From positions 212,865-271,631 of the forward strand of contig MGBO01000021.1 of NCBI GenBank assembly GCA_001788295.1: DNA of 58,767 bases. The letters run 5' to 3'. Shown one piece after another: positions 1 through 9,602 of the stretch. The position numbers and the translations under genes are program-made. The notes under the pieces were generated by a model. The model did no database searches and had not been told where the DNA came from. It saw only the letters and a program-made list of their open reading frames with translations. This stretch comes from Candidatus Roizmanbacteria bacterium RIFOXYC1_FULL_41_16. GTDB taxonomy: Bacteria; Patescibacteriota; Microgenomatia; UBA1406. Each line of letters begins with the position of its first letter. Positions within the stretch are counted from its first letter, which is position 1.

Positions 1-213
1 CTCAACTACCGGAGCGGCCGGAGTAACTACAGGAGCTTCAGGTACAGTTTTGACTGCTTCCTGAGCTAAATTTTCCAAATCCTTGGATAAACTTTGTAAA
101 TCTTTGTTAGCGTCTTCTGCTACCGGAACCACGGGCGGATTCAAGGGCTGGTTATTATCTTGGGCCGGTACAACGGTCTGAGCTTGTTTAGATTGGTCGT
201 TTTGATCATTCAT
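1..213 (-). CDS. Hypothetical protein, N-terminal part (Pro/Val/Ala-rich, runs off the window)
   Basis: Manual translation from ATG at 213: MNDQNDQSKQAQTVVPAQDNNQPLNPPVVPVAEDANKDLQSLSKDLENLAQEAVKTVPEAPVVTPAAPVVE, open to base 1; TATAGT 6 nt upstream of the ATG. Confidence 0.7.
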   Translation of the reverse strand, partial: MNDQNDQSKQAQTVVPAQDNNQPLNPPVVPVAEDANKDLQSLSKDLENLAQEAVKTVPEAPVVTPAAPVVE

Positions 214-255
214 TCTAACACTATAAACAAATAAAAAAATTTTGTCAACCTTTAT

Positions 256-945
256 TTAAAGACATTTGTGATCTTGGAGTGTCCGAACAATTCTTTGATG
301 AATCTCCTGACGGGAAAGAAGTTGATTTTTTTCAATACAGTCGACTCTTACCCAGTGCGGGTTTTTCTTAAGTAGCCATAAATAGGTTTCATCGACCTGT
401 TTGAGCAATTTGGTATTGCTTTCATTAATGTCCAGCTGCTTTCCTTTCAAATACTGGCGGCTCTGTTTTTGTTGAATCAGCTGCATGCTGATTTGGTAAG
501 GCACATATAAAAACAAAACCAGATTTTCTTTGGGAATGCCAAACTCTTTGTACTCTAGCGTTTTTAACCATCTGAACAAGTTGTACCGCAAGGCCGGCTT
601 GGCACGGGAAACCTGATAGGCCAGATTAGAAGAGGCATACCGATTACAAATAACCAGTTTTTTGGTTAAGAGGGCTTTTTTGATTGCCGGGCCGGCCTGC
701 CAACGATCAACAGCATAAGGCAAAGAAATCAAATATGGATTCAGGTTGCCGGCGTCGCCCAGTTCGCCGCGCAAAAATTTACCGATAAAGCGGCCAAAAA
801 AACTCTTGTGGTACTGGGGAAAATCAAAATAAGCGTGACTGATCTTTTGCTTTTTAAGGTAATCAAGAAGAAGTTTTGATTGAGTCGCTTTTCCGGATCC
901 GTCCGTGCCTTCAATCACAATTAGTTTTCCCAAATTCTGACTCAT
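256..945 (-). CDS. tmk: Thymidylate kinase
   Basis: LIVIEGTDGSGKATQ P-loop, FPQY, DR and ICNRY motifs; ATG at 945 preferred over the upstream alternative start. Confidence 0.92.
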   Translation of the reverse strand: MSQNLGKLIVIEGTDGSGKATQSKLLLDYLKKQKISHAYFDFPQYHKSFFGRFIGKFLRGELGDAGNLNPYLISLPYAVDRWQAGPAIKKALLTKKLVICNRYASSNLAYQVSRAKPALRYNLFRWLKTLEYKEFGIPKENLVLFLYVPYQISMQLIQQKQSRQYLKGKQLDINESNTKLLKQVDETYLWLLKKNPHWVRVDCIEKNQLLSRQEIHQRIVRTLQDHKCL

Positions 946-970
946 AGAAAAAAATGATATCATAATTTAT

Positions 971-1489
971 ATGAAACGGTTGTTGTTAATTATTTTGAGT
1001 GCGGCTCTGGTCATTTGGCTGGTAAAACCAGAGATACTTTCCCAATTGGCCAATAATGCCGGCAAGCTGATGCAAAAAAGAATAAAAAAAGAGTCTCGGT
1101 CTGTAGTCACCAGCGCCGTCAGCTCGGTAAATAAGTATGTTCAGGAACAAAGCCAGGCCGTTTTGGGCGAAAAAATTGGCATTAATCTGCAGATTAAGCC
1201 CGACACTGAAATTGTAGACGATGTTCCGGACCAGCAGCTAGACAACATCATTCTGATTGATTATGCGACAGCCAAGGATCTTAGTCTGGACCTTTCTGCT
1301 AATCAAACGTATTATCTGGATTTGCGCAATGTTCCGGAGGGCTATTGTTTGTACGTTGATCAAATTAGTTATTCTGTCAACAAGGATGAATATTTGAGCC
1401 TGAGCTTTTCCAACAGCGGCAGTTATGATCTGGCTTTTGACAAGTGCGACAAGAAACTGCAAAAGTTTGGCCGGGTTGTTGTAGAATAA
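971..1489 (+). CDS. Hypothetical membrane-anchored/secreted protein with beta-rich C-terminus
   Basis: N-terminal hydrophobic segment; ends 4 nt before tyrS. Confidence 0.75.
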   Translation: MKRLLLIILSAALVIWLVKPEILSQLANNAGKLMQKRIKKESRSVVTSAVSSVNKYVQEQSQAVLGEKIGINLQIKPDTEIVDDVPDQQLDNIILIDYATAKDLSLDLSANQTYYLDLRNVPEGYCLYVDQISYSVNKDEYLSLSFSNSGSYDLAFDKCDKKLQKFGRVVVE

Positions 1490-1493
1490 GGCT

Positions 1494-2591
1494 ATGCTTA
1501 ATCTAGAAGACCGGCTTAATTTAATCAAACAGGTCGGCGAAGAAATTATTAGTGAAGAAGAACTGAAAAAGTTATTGCAAGGCAGCCAGAACCTAGTGGC
1601 CTACGACGGCTTTGAACCCTCAGGCCAAATCCACATTGCCCAAGGCATTTTGCGGGCGATTAATGTCAATAAAATGATTCGCTCCGGCATTCATTTTAAA
1701 ATGTGGGTGGCTGATTGGCATGCCATGGCCAATAATAAAATGGGTGGTGATCTGGATAGAATCCAAACTGTGGGCCGTTATTTTATTGAGGTCTGGAAAG
1801 CCTCAGGTATGAATTTAGATCAAGTTGAATTTTTGTGGGCATCAGAGATAGTGAAAGATCCCGATTACTGGAAACTGGTTTTGAAAGTCGCCAAAACCAA
1901 TTCGCTGCGGCGCTTTATTCGGACGGCCGAAATTATGGGCCGGGCCGAATCTTTGGACACTCTCACCGGCGCAAATATCCTTTATTCTTGTATGCAAACC
2001 GCCGATATTTTTTACCTGAAGGCCAATATCACCCAGCTGGGCATGGATCAGCGTAAAGTCAATGTACTGGCGCGGGAGATTGGACCGCAACTCGGATTTT
2101 ACAAACCAGTTGTCGTTTCTCATCATATGCTCATGGGCTTGGGAAAGCCCAATACTACCTCCACTGACAAAATCACCAAAACAATTGATCTGAAAATGTC
2201 CAAGTCCAAGCCCGACAGCGCCATTTTTATGACCGACACCCTTGAGGACATTACCCGCAAAATTAACAAAGCTTACTGTCCCGAAGGTCAGATAGAGGAA
2301 AATCCGGTTTTAGAATATTGCCGCTATATCTTGTTTGAGTCTTTTGACCGATTGAATATTAAAGAATTTACTATTGATCGACCCGAAAAGTTCGGCGGTA
2401 CTTTATCTTTTAAAACTTACCCAAATTTGGAAATAGCTTTTGCTAACAAACAGTTACATCCCCAAGATTTAAAACAGGCCGTAATTGGCTATCTTGATCA
2501 ATTGTTGCAACCGGTACGTAATCATTTTGAAAACGACGATAAAGCCAAAGCCCTATTATCTCAAGTCAAATCATTTCAAGTCACCCGCTAA
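1494..2591 (+). CDS. tyrS: Tyrosine--tRNA ligase, archaeal/eukaryotic type
   Basis: YDGFEPSGQIHIAQG (HIGH-like), MQTADIF, QLGMDQRKVN, KMSKS, KAYCP; 365 aa with no bacterial C-terminal S4 domain. Confidence 0.95.
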   Translation: MLNLEDRLNLIKQVGEEIISEEELKKLLQGSQNLVAYDGFEPSGQIHIAQGILRAINVNKMIRSGIHFKMWVADWHAMANNKMGGDLDRIQTVGRYFIEVWKASGMNLDQVEFLWASEIVKDPDYWKLVLKVAKTNSLRRFIRTAEIMGRAESLDTLTGANILYSCMQTADIFYLKANITQLGMDQRKVNVLAREIGPQLGFYKPVVVSHHMLMGLGKPNTTSTDKITKTIDLKMSKSKPDSAIFMTDTLEDITRKINKAYCPEGQIEENPVLEYCRYILFESFDRLNIKEFTIDRPEKFGGTLSFKTYPNLEIAFANKQLHPQDLKQAVIGYLDQLLQPVRNHFENDDKAKALLSQVKSFQVTR

Positions 2592-2595
2592 CAGC

Positions 2596-2618
2596 CGTTC
2601 CAAATCGGGAATGGAACG
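2596..2618. repeat. Palindromic repeat family 2, copy 1 (between convergent tyrS and tatD; may also act as terminator)
   Basis: CGTTCCA-AATCGGGAA-TGGAACG; its reverse complement matches TTCCATTCCCGATWTGGA at 21089 and 46981. Confidence 0.8.
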
Positions 2619-2620
2619 TA

Positions 2621-3445
2621 TTATCCTGGCAATCCGAAGAGAGAAACGGCGTTATTGGTAGTTTGGGTTGCTACATTATTGCTGCTGATTTCTTTAAAAG
2701 CCGCCAATAAATCACAGATCAAGATCACGTTCTTGGGTTCGTTTAGATTGGGCTCCCCTTCTTTGCGAGCTGATAAAGGAGTCAAATACGGACTATCGGT
2801 TTCCAGCACTAGTTTTTCCAAAGGGACTTGTTTGATAAAACGCTGCTTTTTTTTACTCCAGCTAAGATCACCATCCACTCCTATATATATGTGGTGTTTT
2901 ATCGCAAAGTCCAGCAAACGTTCGTCTGCCTCACAACAGTGAAATACCGTTCGATTTTTTAATTTTTGGTCCCAATTGTTTTCTAAAAGCGGTAAAAGCA
3001 CCTCGACTGCCTGGCGATTGTGCAGGATCAAAGTTTTATTAAATTCCAAAGCCAACTTGATCTGGGTAACAAACAATTGTTCTTGCGCTTTGACAAATTC
3101 CGGAGTAATTTTATAATCCAAATATTTAGTCTGCTCATACTGATACAGATCAATCCCAATCTCGCCCACTGCTACTACCTTTGGTTTTAAAATTAGGGTC
3201 TTTAGATTGTCCAATAGCTCCGAAACACCCCCGGGGTGTTGGACAGCGTGGTGGGGATGGACGCCTACAGCAGCATAGACGGACGGATATTTTTGTGCCA
3301 ACATTACTGCTTGTTGTGAAGTTTTCGGGTCCGCTCCCGGAACAATGAACAATTTCACTCCAACTGCTTGCGCCCTATTAATCATTACCTCTTCCCGACC
3401 CCGAAACACCTTGAAATTCAGATGACAGTGAGTATCAATCAGCAT
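2621..3445 (-). CDS. tatD: TatD family deoxyribonuclease
   Basis: DTHCHL, GVHPH, GEIGID, LHNR, FHC, LETDSPY motifs. Confidence 0.95.
   Translation of the reverse strand: MLIDTHCHLNFKVFRGREEVMINRAQAVGVKLFIVPGADPKTSQQAVMLAQKYPSVYAAVGVHPHHAVQHPGGVSELLDNLKTLILKPKVVAVGEIGIDLYQYEQTKYLDYKITPEFVKAQEQLFVTQIKLALEFNKTLILHNRQAVEVLLPLLENNWDQKLKNRTVFHCCEADERLLDFAIKHHIYIGVDGDLSWSKKKQRFIKQVPLEKLVLETDSPYLTPLSARKEGEPNLNEPKNVILICDLLAAFKEISSNNVATQTTNNAVSLFGLPG
3217..3240. repeat. REP-like palindrome family 1, copy inside tatD
   Basis: GCTCCGAAACACCCCCGGGGTGTT; read as QHPGGVSE in TatD. Confidence 0.9.
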
Positions 3446-5018
3446 CTTGTTGTTGAATATACTGATAAATTTGATTTAAGCTCTGATTATATGGAAATCT
3501 GGGCAAGGCCCGATTTTCCAAAAAGTGCCGCAGTTTGTCGTATTTTTTTTGCTTGAGTAATAAAGTGGCATAATTCTCATAAGCCAAATAATAATCACCA
3601 TTATTAATTGCTTTCAAATAAGCCTGCCGAGCCAAGGCCGACTTGCCTTGAGCCTGATAAGTAACTCCAAGATTATTCCAATTGGTCCACCAATGCGGCG
3701 CAATGATTGTGGATTTTAAATAATGTTGCTGAGCTCGATCATATTGGCCGGCTCGATACAAATAGACCCCTAAATTATTTTCAAAGTCAAAGTTTCCGGC
3801 CGCCCGCGGTTCATCCTGCAAATACAGTGTAAGGCCGTCGCGCCAATCTAACGTCCGCCAAAAACTCCGAACGCTAAAAATTGTAATTACAATCAGAATT
3901 ACAGCGAGACCAAATTCACTTTTTATGTTTTTCCGATCCAATAAAATCATTACCATTGCTAGCCAGGCAAATAAAGGAAAATACACCCAGCGCTCGGAAA
4001 CGGTCATGTCCAAAGGAACCAGTTGACTATGAATTCCCAGACCAATTAAAAGTAAGGAACCAAAAAACCAAAGCAATCGGCTTTTTTGCTTGGAACAAAA
4101 AGCTGCTAGTCCCAAAAAAAACAAGCCATCAATCAGAAGTGGCAGGAAAAACTCCGACCATGAAATTTGCTTTACAACCCAATGCTGAGAAATGGCCAGA
4201 GAAAAGGGCCAAAAAAACAACCTCAAATAGTAGAAAATGATTTTGGGCAAAGTAATCAACCGCTCTGGCAAACTTGCAAGCATGATTGGCGACAATTTGT
4301 TTTCGTTTAAGCCGACTCCGGCCATACCAAAACGTAAAATTAAATATAAACAAACTAATAAACTCAGATAAAGAAAATATGGTCGCAAGGCACTTTTTTT
4401 AAACCAGATAAAATAGGCCGGCAAGGCCAGCAAGAACAAAACTCCGGTTTCTTTACTTAAAATCGAAAGCAGCAAAAAGCTAAAAATAACCAACCAGTCT
4501 TTTTCGGTTAAGGACTGTTTTTTTCCAACCCAAAAGAAAGCCAGCAGACCAAAAAACATAAACAACACGTCTTGCAATCCCGAGATATAAGCAACGCTTT
4601 CCACGTTTCCCGGATGCGCCAAAAACAGTAATCCGGCAAGAGCGGCCCAATGAGGCTTAATAAATCGTTTCAAGATAAGGTAAATTAAATAAGCGTTTGC
4701 CAAATGAATCAAAACTTGCACCAAATGATAGCCCCAGGCATTCAAACCAGAAAACTGGTAAATGAGCGTAAAAAAGAACGGCATCATTGGTTTGTAATAC
4801 ATTCCGCCCATTCCGGCAGCGCCACCGGTATTAAAAGTGCTTTGGGTAAACAAATAAGGAATGTTGCTTAAACTGCGAATCGCCAGATTATTGACCACCT
4901 GTTCCTCATCGTCCCAGACAAAACCATTGAACAGGGTCGCTCCATAAATCAGCAAACCCAATATCAAAACAATCCAGGGAAAATATTTGATTAGCTTATT
5001 TTTTACGTTTTTTAGCAT
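3435..5018 (-). CDS. TMTC-like GT-C fold membrane glycosyltransferase (putative protein O-mannosyltransferase) with C-terminal TPRs
   Basis: FVWDD in the first loop, YYKP, HP..VESVAYISG, SKETG, SERWVYFP, W.D..TL, multiple TM helices, TPR motifs (NNLGV). Confidence 0.85.
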   Translation of the reverse strand: MLKNVKNKLIKYFPWIVLILGLLIYGATLFNGFVWDDEEQVVNNLAIRSLSNIPYLFTQSTFNTGGAAGMGGMYYKPMMPFFFTLIYQFSGLNAWGYHLVQVLIHLANAYLIYLILKRFIKPHWAALAGLLFLAHPGNVESVAYISGLQDVLFMFFGLLAFFWVGKKQSLTEKDWLVIFSFLLLSILSKETGVLFLLALPAYFIWFKKSALRPYFLYLSLLVCLYLILRFGMAGVGLNENKLSPIMLASLPERLITLPKIIFYYLRLFFWPFSLAISQHWVVKQISWSEFFLPLLIDGLFFLGLAAFCSKQKSRLLWFFGSLLLIGLGIHSQLVPLDMTVSERWVYFPLFAWLAMVMILLDRKNIKSEFGLAVILIVITIFSVRSFWRTLDWRDGLTLYLQDEPRAAGNFDFENNLGVYLYRAGQYDRAQQHYLKSTIIAPHWWTNWNNLGVTYQAQGKSALARQAYLKAINNGDYYLAYENYATLLLKQKKYDKLRHFLENRALPRFPYNQSLNQIYQYIQQQDAD

Positions 5019-5271
5019 TTTTCATTTCCTTTAATTTCCACATAAAGAGTGCGCCTTTGTTGTTCGCGTTGCTATCCATCACAAACGAAAGCGCCTCGTC
5101 CAATAAGAACCGCGGCGTGGTTTTGGCCAAACGCAAATACAGAGTTTTGTGCTTGGGGTCTTCTAATTTTTGACACAAATACAACCCAAACGATTGAAAC
5201 TCGCGACTGATATATTTACCGGACTGCGGATCAAATCGTTTTAATACTTTGCCGACCTGCTCAAAACCCAT
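4996..5271 (-). CDS. Small basic hypothetical protein
   Basis: 91-aa ORF overlapping the start of the next gene; TATAAT 6 nt upstream of the ATG. Confidence 0.75.
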   Translation of the reverse strand: MGFEQVGKVLKRFDPQSGKYISREFQSFGLYLCQKLEDPKHKTLYLRLAKTTPRFLLDEALSFVMDSNANNKGALFMWKLKEMKNAKKRKK

Positions 5272-5296
5272 GGAGAAATTATATTATAATCTGCTT

Positions 5297-6145
5297 ATGA
5301 AATATGTTTATCTTTCCTCAGGCTTGTTCGGCGCCAAAGTATTATCTAACCTAGATCCCAAACCCGACTTGGTCATTACTCAGCCGGATCGAAAAGGCGG
5401 CCGCGGCTTAAAACAAATAATTGTCACGCCGGTAAAACAATATTGCCAAAAAAATGGCCTTATAGTAAAAGGGTGGAACCCTTTTCCAGATTGCCAGATG
5501 GCGCTGGTAGCCGATTATGGCGTCATTATTCCCAAAGATTTGTTAGACAGGCCAAAATACGGATTTTTCAACATTCACCCCTCTTTGTTACCCAAATACC
5601 GCGGCAGCACTCCCCTGCAGTCGGCCATTTTGAATGATGAAAAAATCACTGGCGTGAGCATTATTAAAATGGACGAAAAAGTGGATCACGGACCGATTGT
5701 AGCACAGGAGAAAATTGCCATTAGTAATAGTGATACTTATTTAAGTTTACTCGAAAAAACTGCCCATTGTGGCGCTTTGCTGTTTGCCGAATCAAACCGC
5801 CGCGGTTTGTTTGGGCCTGATTTGGCAGGACGATTAAGGCAACAAGATCACTCACTAGCCACTTACACCCATAAATTCACCAAGCAAGACGGCTATGTCC
5901 CAATTAGTCAGTTAATCCCCTACCTCACGCCAATATTTAAAAAATATAATCTGCTACATCTATTGCCCAACCAAGCGCAACAACCTATTAGCCCTAAAGA
6001 ACTTCATAGTCTTATCCGCGGCCTTTCTCCCTGGCCAGGCGTGTGGACAAAAGCCGAAAACAGGGTTATAAAAATAGTTTCAAATCAAAATTCTCAGAAC
6101 ATTGAGGCTCTAGAGATTGTTATTGACGGAAAAATATATTTGTAA
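5297..6145 (+). CDS. fmt: Methionyl-tRNA formyltransferase
   Basis: VITQPDR..GRG, NIHPSLLPKYRG, D.GPI, IRGLSPWPG; ATG 5297 lies 6 nt after TATAAT. Confidence 0.93.
   Translation: MKYVYLSSGLFGAKVLSNLDPKPDLVITQPDRKGGRGLKQIIVTPVKQYCQKNGLIVKGWNPFPDCQMALVADYGVIIPKDLLDRPKYGFFNIHPSLLPKYRGSTPLQSAILNDEKITGVSIIKMDEKVDHGPIVAQEKIAISNSDTYLSLLEKTAHCGALLFAESNRRGLFGPDLAGRLRQQDHSLATYTHKFTKQDGYVPISQLIPYLTPIFKKYNLLHLLPNQAQQPISPKELHSLIRGLSPWPGVWTKAENRVIKIVSNQNSQNIEALEIVIDGKIYL
5467..5485. repeat. Perfect palindrome inside fmt (REP-like, single copy in window)
   Basis: AAAAGGGT-GGA-ACCCTTTT, read as KGWNPF. Confidence 0.55.
5793..5809. repeat. Second perfect palindrome inside fmt (REP-like, single copy in window)
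   Basis: CAAACCGC-C-GCGGTTTG, read as SNRRGL; same 8-1-8 geometry as family 1. Confidence 0.55.
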
Positions 6146-6169
6146 TTATTATTTGGTAAAATAGTTCTT

Positions 6170-7333
6170 ATGTCTGAAAAATTAAGGGTCGCAATAATTT
6201 CCTCCCTAACTGGCGGCCTTGGCCATTATAACGCTCATTTGGCTGAGCCTTTATCCAAACATTGTTTTCCTAAGTTTATTACTTATCCTCAACTCGATTT
6301 ATTGGGTATGCCGACCAAGCGAATCACCGATGCTTTTGTCCGGAGCAAAATCAAATGGCCCAGATTCGACATTCGTGAAAATAATCCGGAAAGTATCATT
6401 GAAATTGTTGATTATGTAAAAAAACACGGAATCAAAGTAATTAATATCCATATTGGTACCACAGTTAAACGTAAAATTTCCTATTTTATGACTTTTTTAA
6501 AGTATGCCAAAGAAAATTCCAATTTGAAGTTCGTTTTTACTCTTCATGATGTTTTTCCCTTTGACGAAGACCGCAAACTTACCAAATTATTAGCTTCTTT
6601 TTATTCCATGGCCGATCATTTGACGGTAGGCAATGAATTTGAACACAAAAAGCTTATTCGTTATTTTAAAATTCCGGAACGGAAAATATCAATCATTCCA
6701 CACGGTATTTACGATCTTTTTGATAACAACACGTATTCTAAAAACTTGTCGCGAAGCTATCTTGGAATTCCCAGTAACGTTAATTCTTTGTTATTTTTTG
6801 GGTTTTTACGCGAATACAAAGGTTTTGATTATTTAATCAAAGCAGCCAAGATTCTTAAGCAAAAGAAGCAAAACTTTGTAGTTTATGTTGCCTCTGGTCT
6901 CAAATATACTCCTAGGGATTTAGTAAAAAAATATCTGAAAATGATTAAGAAACTGGGCTTGGAGGATCGTTTTATTCTCAACTTAAATTATCTTGACACC
7001 TCGGATGTTGAAGCAGTATTTAAGGCCAGCGATTTAGTCGTACTACCCTACACTCATGCTTCTCAAAGTGGAGTGATGATGATGGCCTTTGGTTTTAAGA
7101 AACCGGTGATTATTACCGATACTTTTGCTGATAAGCACTGGGTAAACAACAAGGCTGGATTAGTTGCCAAGAGCAAAGATTCTTCCGACCTAGCTAAAAA
7201 GATTTCCTTAATGCTTAAGGATAAGGAACAATTGATTAAAATGGGTGCTTATGGCTACAAGTATTCTGAGGATAATCTAAATTGGGACAAAATTGCCAAG
7301 ATGTACTTTGATGTTTATAAAAAACTTCATTAG
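6170..7333 (+). CDS. Glycosyltransferase family 4
   Basis: TLHD, IPHG, FFGFLREYKG, LPY..ASQSGV motifs. Confidence 0.92.
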   Translation: MSEKLRVAIISSLTGGLGHYNAHLAEPLSKHCFPKFITYPQLDLLGMPTKRITDAFVRSKIKWPRFDIRENNPESIIEIVDYVKKHGIKVINIHIGTTVKRKISYFMTFLKYAKENSNLKFVFTLHDVFPFDEDRKLTKLLASFYSMADHLTVGNEFEHKKLIRYFKIPERKISIIPHGIYDLFDNNTYSKNLSRSYLGIPSNVNSLLFFGFLREYKGFDYLIKAAKILKQKKQNFVVYVASGLKYTPRDLVKKYLKMIKKLGLEDRFILNLNYLDTSDVEAVFKASDLVVLPYTHASQSGVMMMAFGFKKPVIITDTFADKHWVNNKAGLVAKSKDSSDLAKKISLMLKDKEQLIKMGAYGYKYSEDNLNWDKIAKMYFDVYKKLH

Positions 7334-8377
7334 ATGGATACAGAACCCTCCATCAACATCGAAATTACTGAAAAACAATCTAATCTCGTTGGTAAGCTAC
7401 GCAAACGACTCGCTCAAAATAAGCCAGCAGATGTGATTGTTTTAGACATGGATGGAACGGTGTATGGACTACAGAAAAATAAGAATAATGAATGGGAGAA
7501 AACAGGACAACCACATAATGCCGAGACAAGTAAAATATTTCGAGAAAATAATTTGCCTTACGGAATAGTTTCTGCCCGACCGGATTGGGACGAGAAAGCT
7601 GATCGTGAAATGAATGACTTAGGAATGGATACTTTGCCAGATTTTGTCATTAGCGGTGCCGGCACTCTATTATATTGGCGCGATACTCAAGGAAAATTGC
7701 AGCTTGATCCGGATTTTATTCATAAGTTACATGAACATCAAATTTCCTTGGGAAATAAACCGCAGCAAAACTATAACCCCCAAGCCATTTTTGAATTTTT
7801 AGATCAAATTGATTTATCCGGCCAGTTCGCTGGTCAGGGTTTTACCAAACATAAAATAGATACCAATAATGGTTTGGGATTTAATGTTGTTAGTGTTGAT
7901 AAAATGCAACTCTCTAAATTTAAAGAATTAATTTTAGAGCTCAAAAAACAACTAAAAGGAATAAAGATTGAGTTTTCCGAAGATTTAAAAAGACTCGACA
8001 GTACCGGTGAGACTTTTTCCGGATGGGTACAGTTGGTACCGTCTATTGCCGGAAAAGACGATGCTCTACGCTATACATTGGAAAAGATAAATCAGGATCT
8101 TGGAGCAAAACCCAGGGCTCACATTTTTGGCGACGCCTCAGTTGATGTTTGGATGCTCGCCATGGGAGCATCTTCAAAAGATGAATATGAATGCCAACAA
8201 TATGCGCTGAATAACCTTACTCCCTTAGCCAGAACCAAACTGGAACCAGTTATTCAAGTACTTTCTTCAAAAAAAGCAGTCGAATTGAAAGAAAGGGGGT
8301 ATCCTCAGGCCAATCTACAAATACTACCTAAGCCTTCATCAGCAGGTATTCTTGATATCACTATGGAAATTGCGTAA
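7334..8377 (+). CDS. HAD-superfamily phosphatase (IIB / sucrose-phosphate phosphatase-like)
   Basis: LDMDGT motif I, VSAR motif II, PDFVISGAGT, GK..AL motif III, FGD..VD..ML motif IV. Confidence 0.8.
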   Translation: MDTEPSINIEITEKQSNLVGKLRKRLAQNKPADVIVLDMDGTVYGLQKNKNNEWEKTGQPHNAETSKIFRENNLPYGIVSARPDWDEKADREMNDLGMDTLPDFVISGAGTLLYWRDTQGKLQLDPDFIHKLHEHQISLGNKPQQNYNPQAIFEFLDQIDLSGQFAGQGFTKHKIDTNNGLGFNVVSVDKMQLSKFKELILELKKQLKGIKIEFSEDLKRLDSTGETFSGWVQLVPSIAGKDDALRYTLEKINQDLGAKPRAHIFGDASVDVWMLAMGASSKDEYECQQYALNNLTPLARTKLEPVIQVLSSKKAVELKERGYPQANLQILPKPSSAGILDITMEIA

Positions 8378-8387
8378 GATTGATTTG

Positions 8388-9602
8388 ATGCCTATTTTAA
8401 GAATTCTGATCGACGGCCGCACCATTAAAAACAATCCTAGCGGTTTGGGGATTTGGAATTTGCAATTAGTTCGCCATTTGGTAAAGTACGAAAACATCCA
8501 GCTTTTTTTGATTCTGACCAAAAACTGTGATTACGACTTTAGCAACGATGGATTACTAAGTCCATTTTTAAAAGAAAAATTAATTCTGATTAACTCCAAT
8601 CATGATTATAAATTTGTCTCTTTAGATCGCTTTGTTTTCGAACAATTTCAGTTACCCAAAATTATTCAACGACTGAAAATTGATCTTTACCATGCCACGG
8701 ATTCGTTCGGAATCCCAATAAATTTACCAAAAAAAATTAAGGTTATGCTCACTATTCACGATCTGATTCCCCTAACCCCATATCGGGAGTATTTAAATTG
8801 GCAACAGTTTCTTATATATAGAGTCTCTTTGTTTTTATCAATCAAGCGGGCCAACCTAATTACTGCTATCTCGGACAAAACAAAAACCGATATCAAACAT
8901 TATCTGCAACCCAAAACCAATGTAGTTGCAGTTTACGACGGCGTAGACGAACCTACTCTCTATTCCGAAAAAATAATTGACAAAGCTTTTGTGCAACTCA
9001 ATCAACAATATTTGCTCAAAAAACAACAGTATCTCCTCTATTATGGCGGATTTGGACCAAGAAGAAATACCGAAACTTTAATTAAAGTTCTTCGACAACT
9101 AATCGATCAACAAATTGTATCGCCGGATTTTAAACTGGTCTTGTCGGGCAGGATCAAAAACGCCAAAACCCAAGCACTTTTGATCCTTAATGGTTTAAAA
9201 AACCTGATTAAGAATCTCAAGTTACAAGACAATGTGGTGATCATTGATTACCTTATGCCCGAATCCAAGGCAGCTTTGATTAAAAATTCGTCCTTGTTTG
9301 TTACATTAACTTTGTATGAAGGATTTGGCCTTACGCCTATGGAAGTCATTAAGTACAATAAATACGCCCTCACCACCAGAACCGGTATTTGGCATCAGTT
9401 TCCCAGTTTGAATAATATTTTCATAATTGAGGATCCTTTTTCTATTCCTGAAATTTCTCACAAAGTCAGCCTGATTATTCAAAACTCGAGCAATCTGAAA
9501 GCCGATTATCAAAAAATGGTAAACTTTACCAAGGTATTTCAATGGTCGTCAATGGCCAAAAATTACTTTAAATTGTATGGAAAAATTATCAAAACAATCT
9601 AA
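8388..9602 (+). CDS. Glycosyltransferase family 4 (mannosyltransferase-like)
   Basis: ILIDGR, TIHDLIPL, YEGFGLTPME. Confidence 0.9.
   Translation: MPILRILIDGRTIKNNPSGLGIWNLQLVRHLVKYENIQLFLILTKNCDYDFSNDGLLSPFLKEKLILINSNHDYKFVSLDRFVFEQFQLPKIIQRLKIDLYHATDSFGIPINLPKKIKVMLTIHDLIPLTPYREYLNWQQFLIYRVSLFLSIKRANLITAISDKTKTDIKHYLQPKTNVVAVYDGVDEPTLYSEKIIDKAFVQLNQQYLLKKQQYLLYYGGFGPRRNTETLIKVLRQLIDQQIVSPDFKLVLSGRIKNAKTQALLILNGLKNLIKNLKLQDNVVIIDYLMPESKAALIKNSSLFVTLTLYEGFGLTPMEVIKYNKYALTTRTGIWHQFPSLNNIFIIEDPFSIPEISHKVSLIIQNSSNLKADYQKMVNFTKVFQWSSMAKNYFKLYGKIIKTI

Noticed and set aside
5108..5122. AACCGCGGCGTGGTT as another copy of the fmt palindrome
   Set aside because: Imperfect, with different spacing; compatible with chance.
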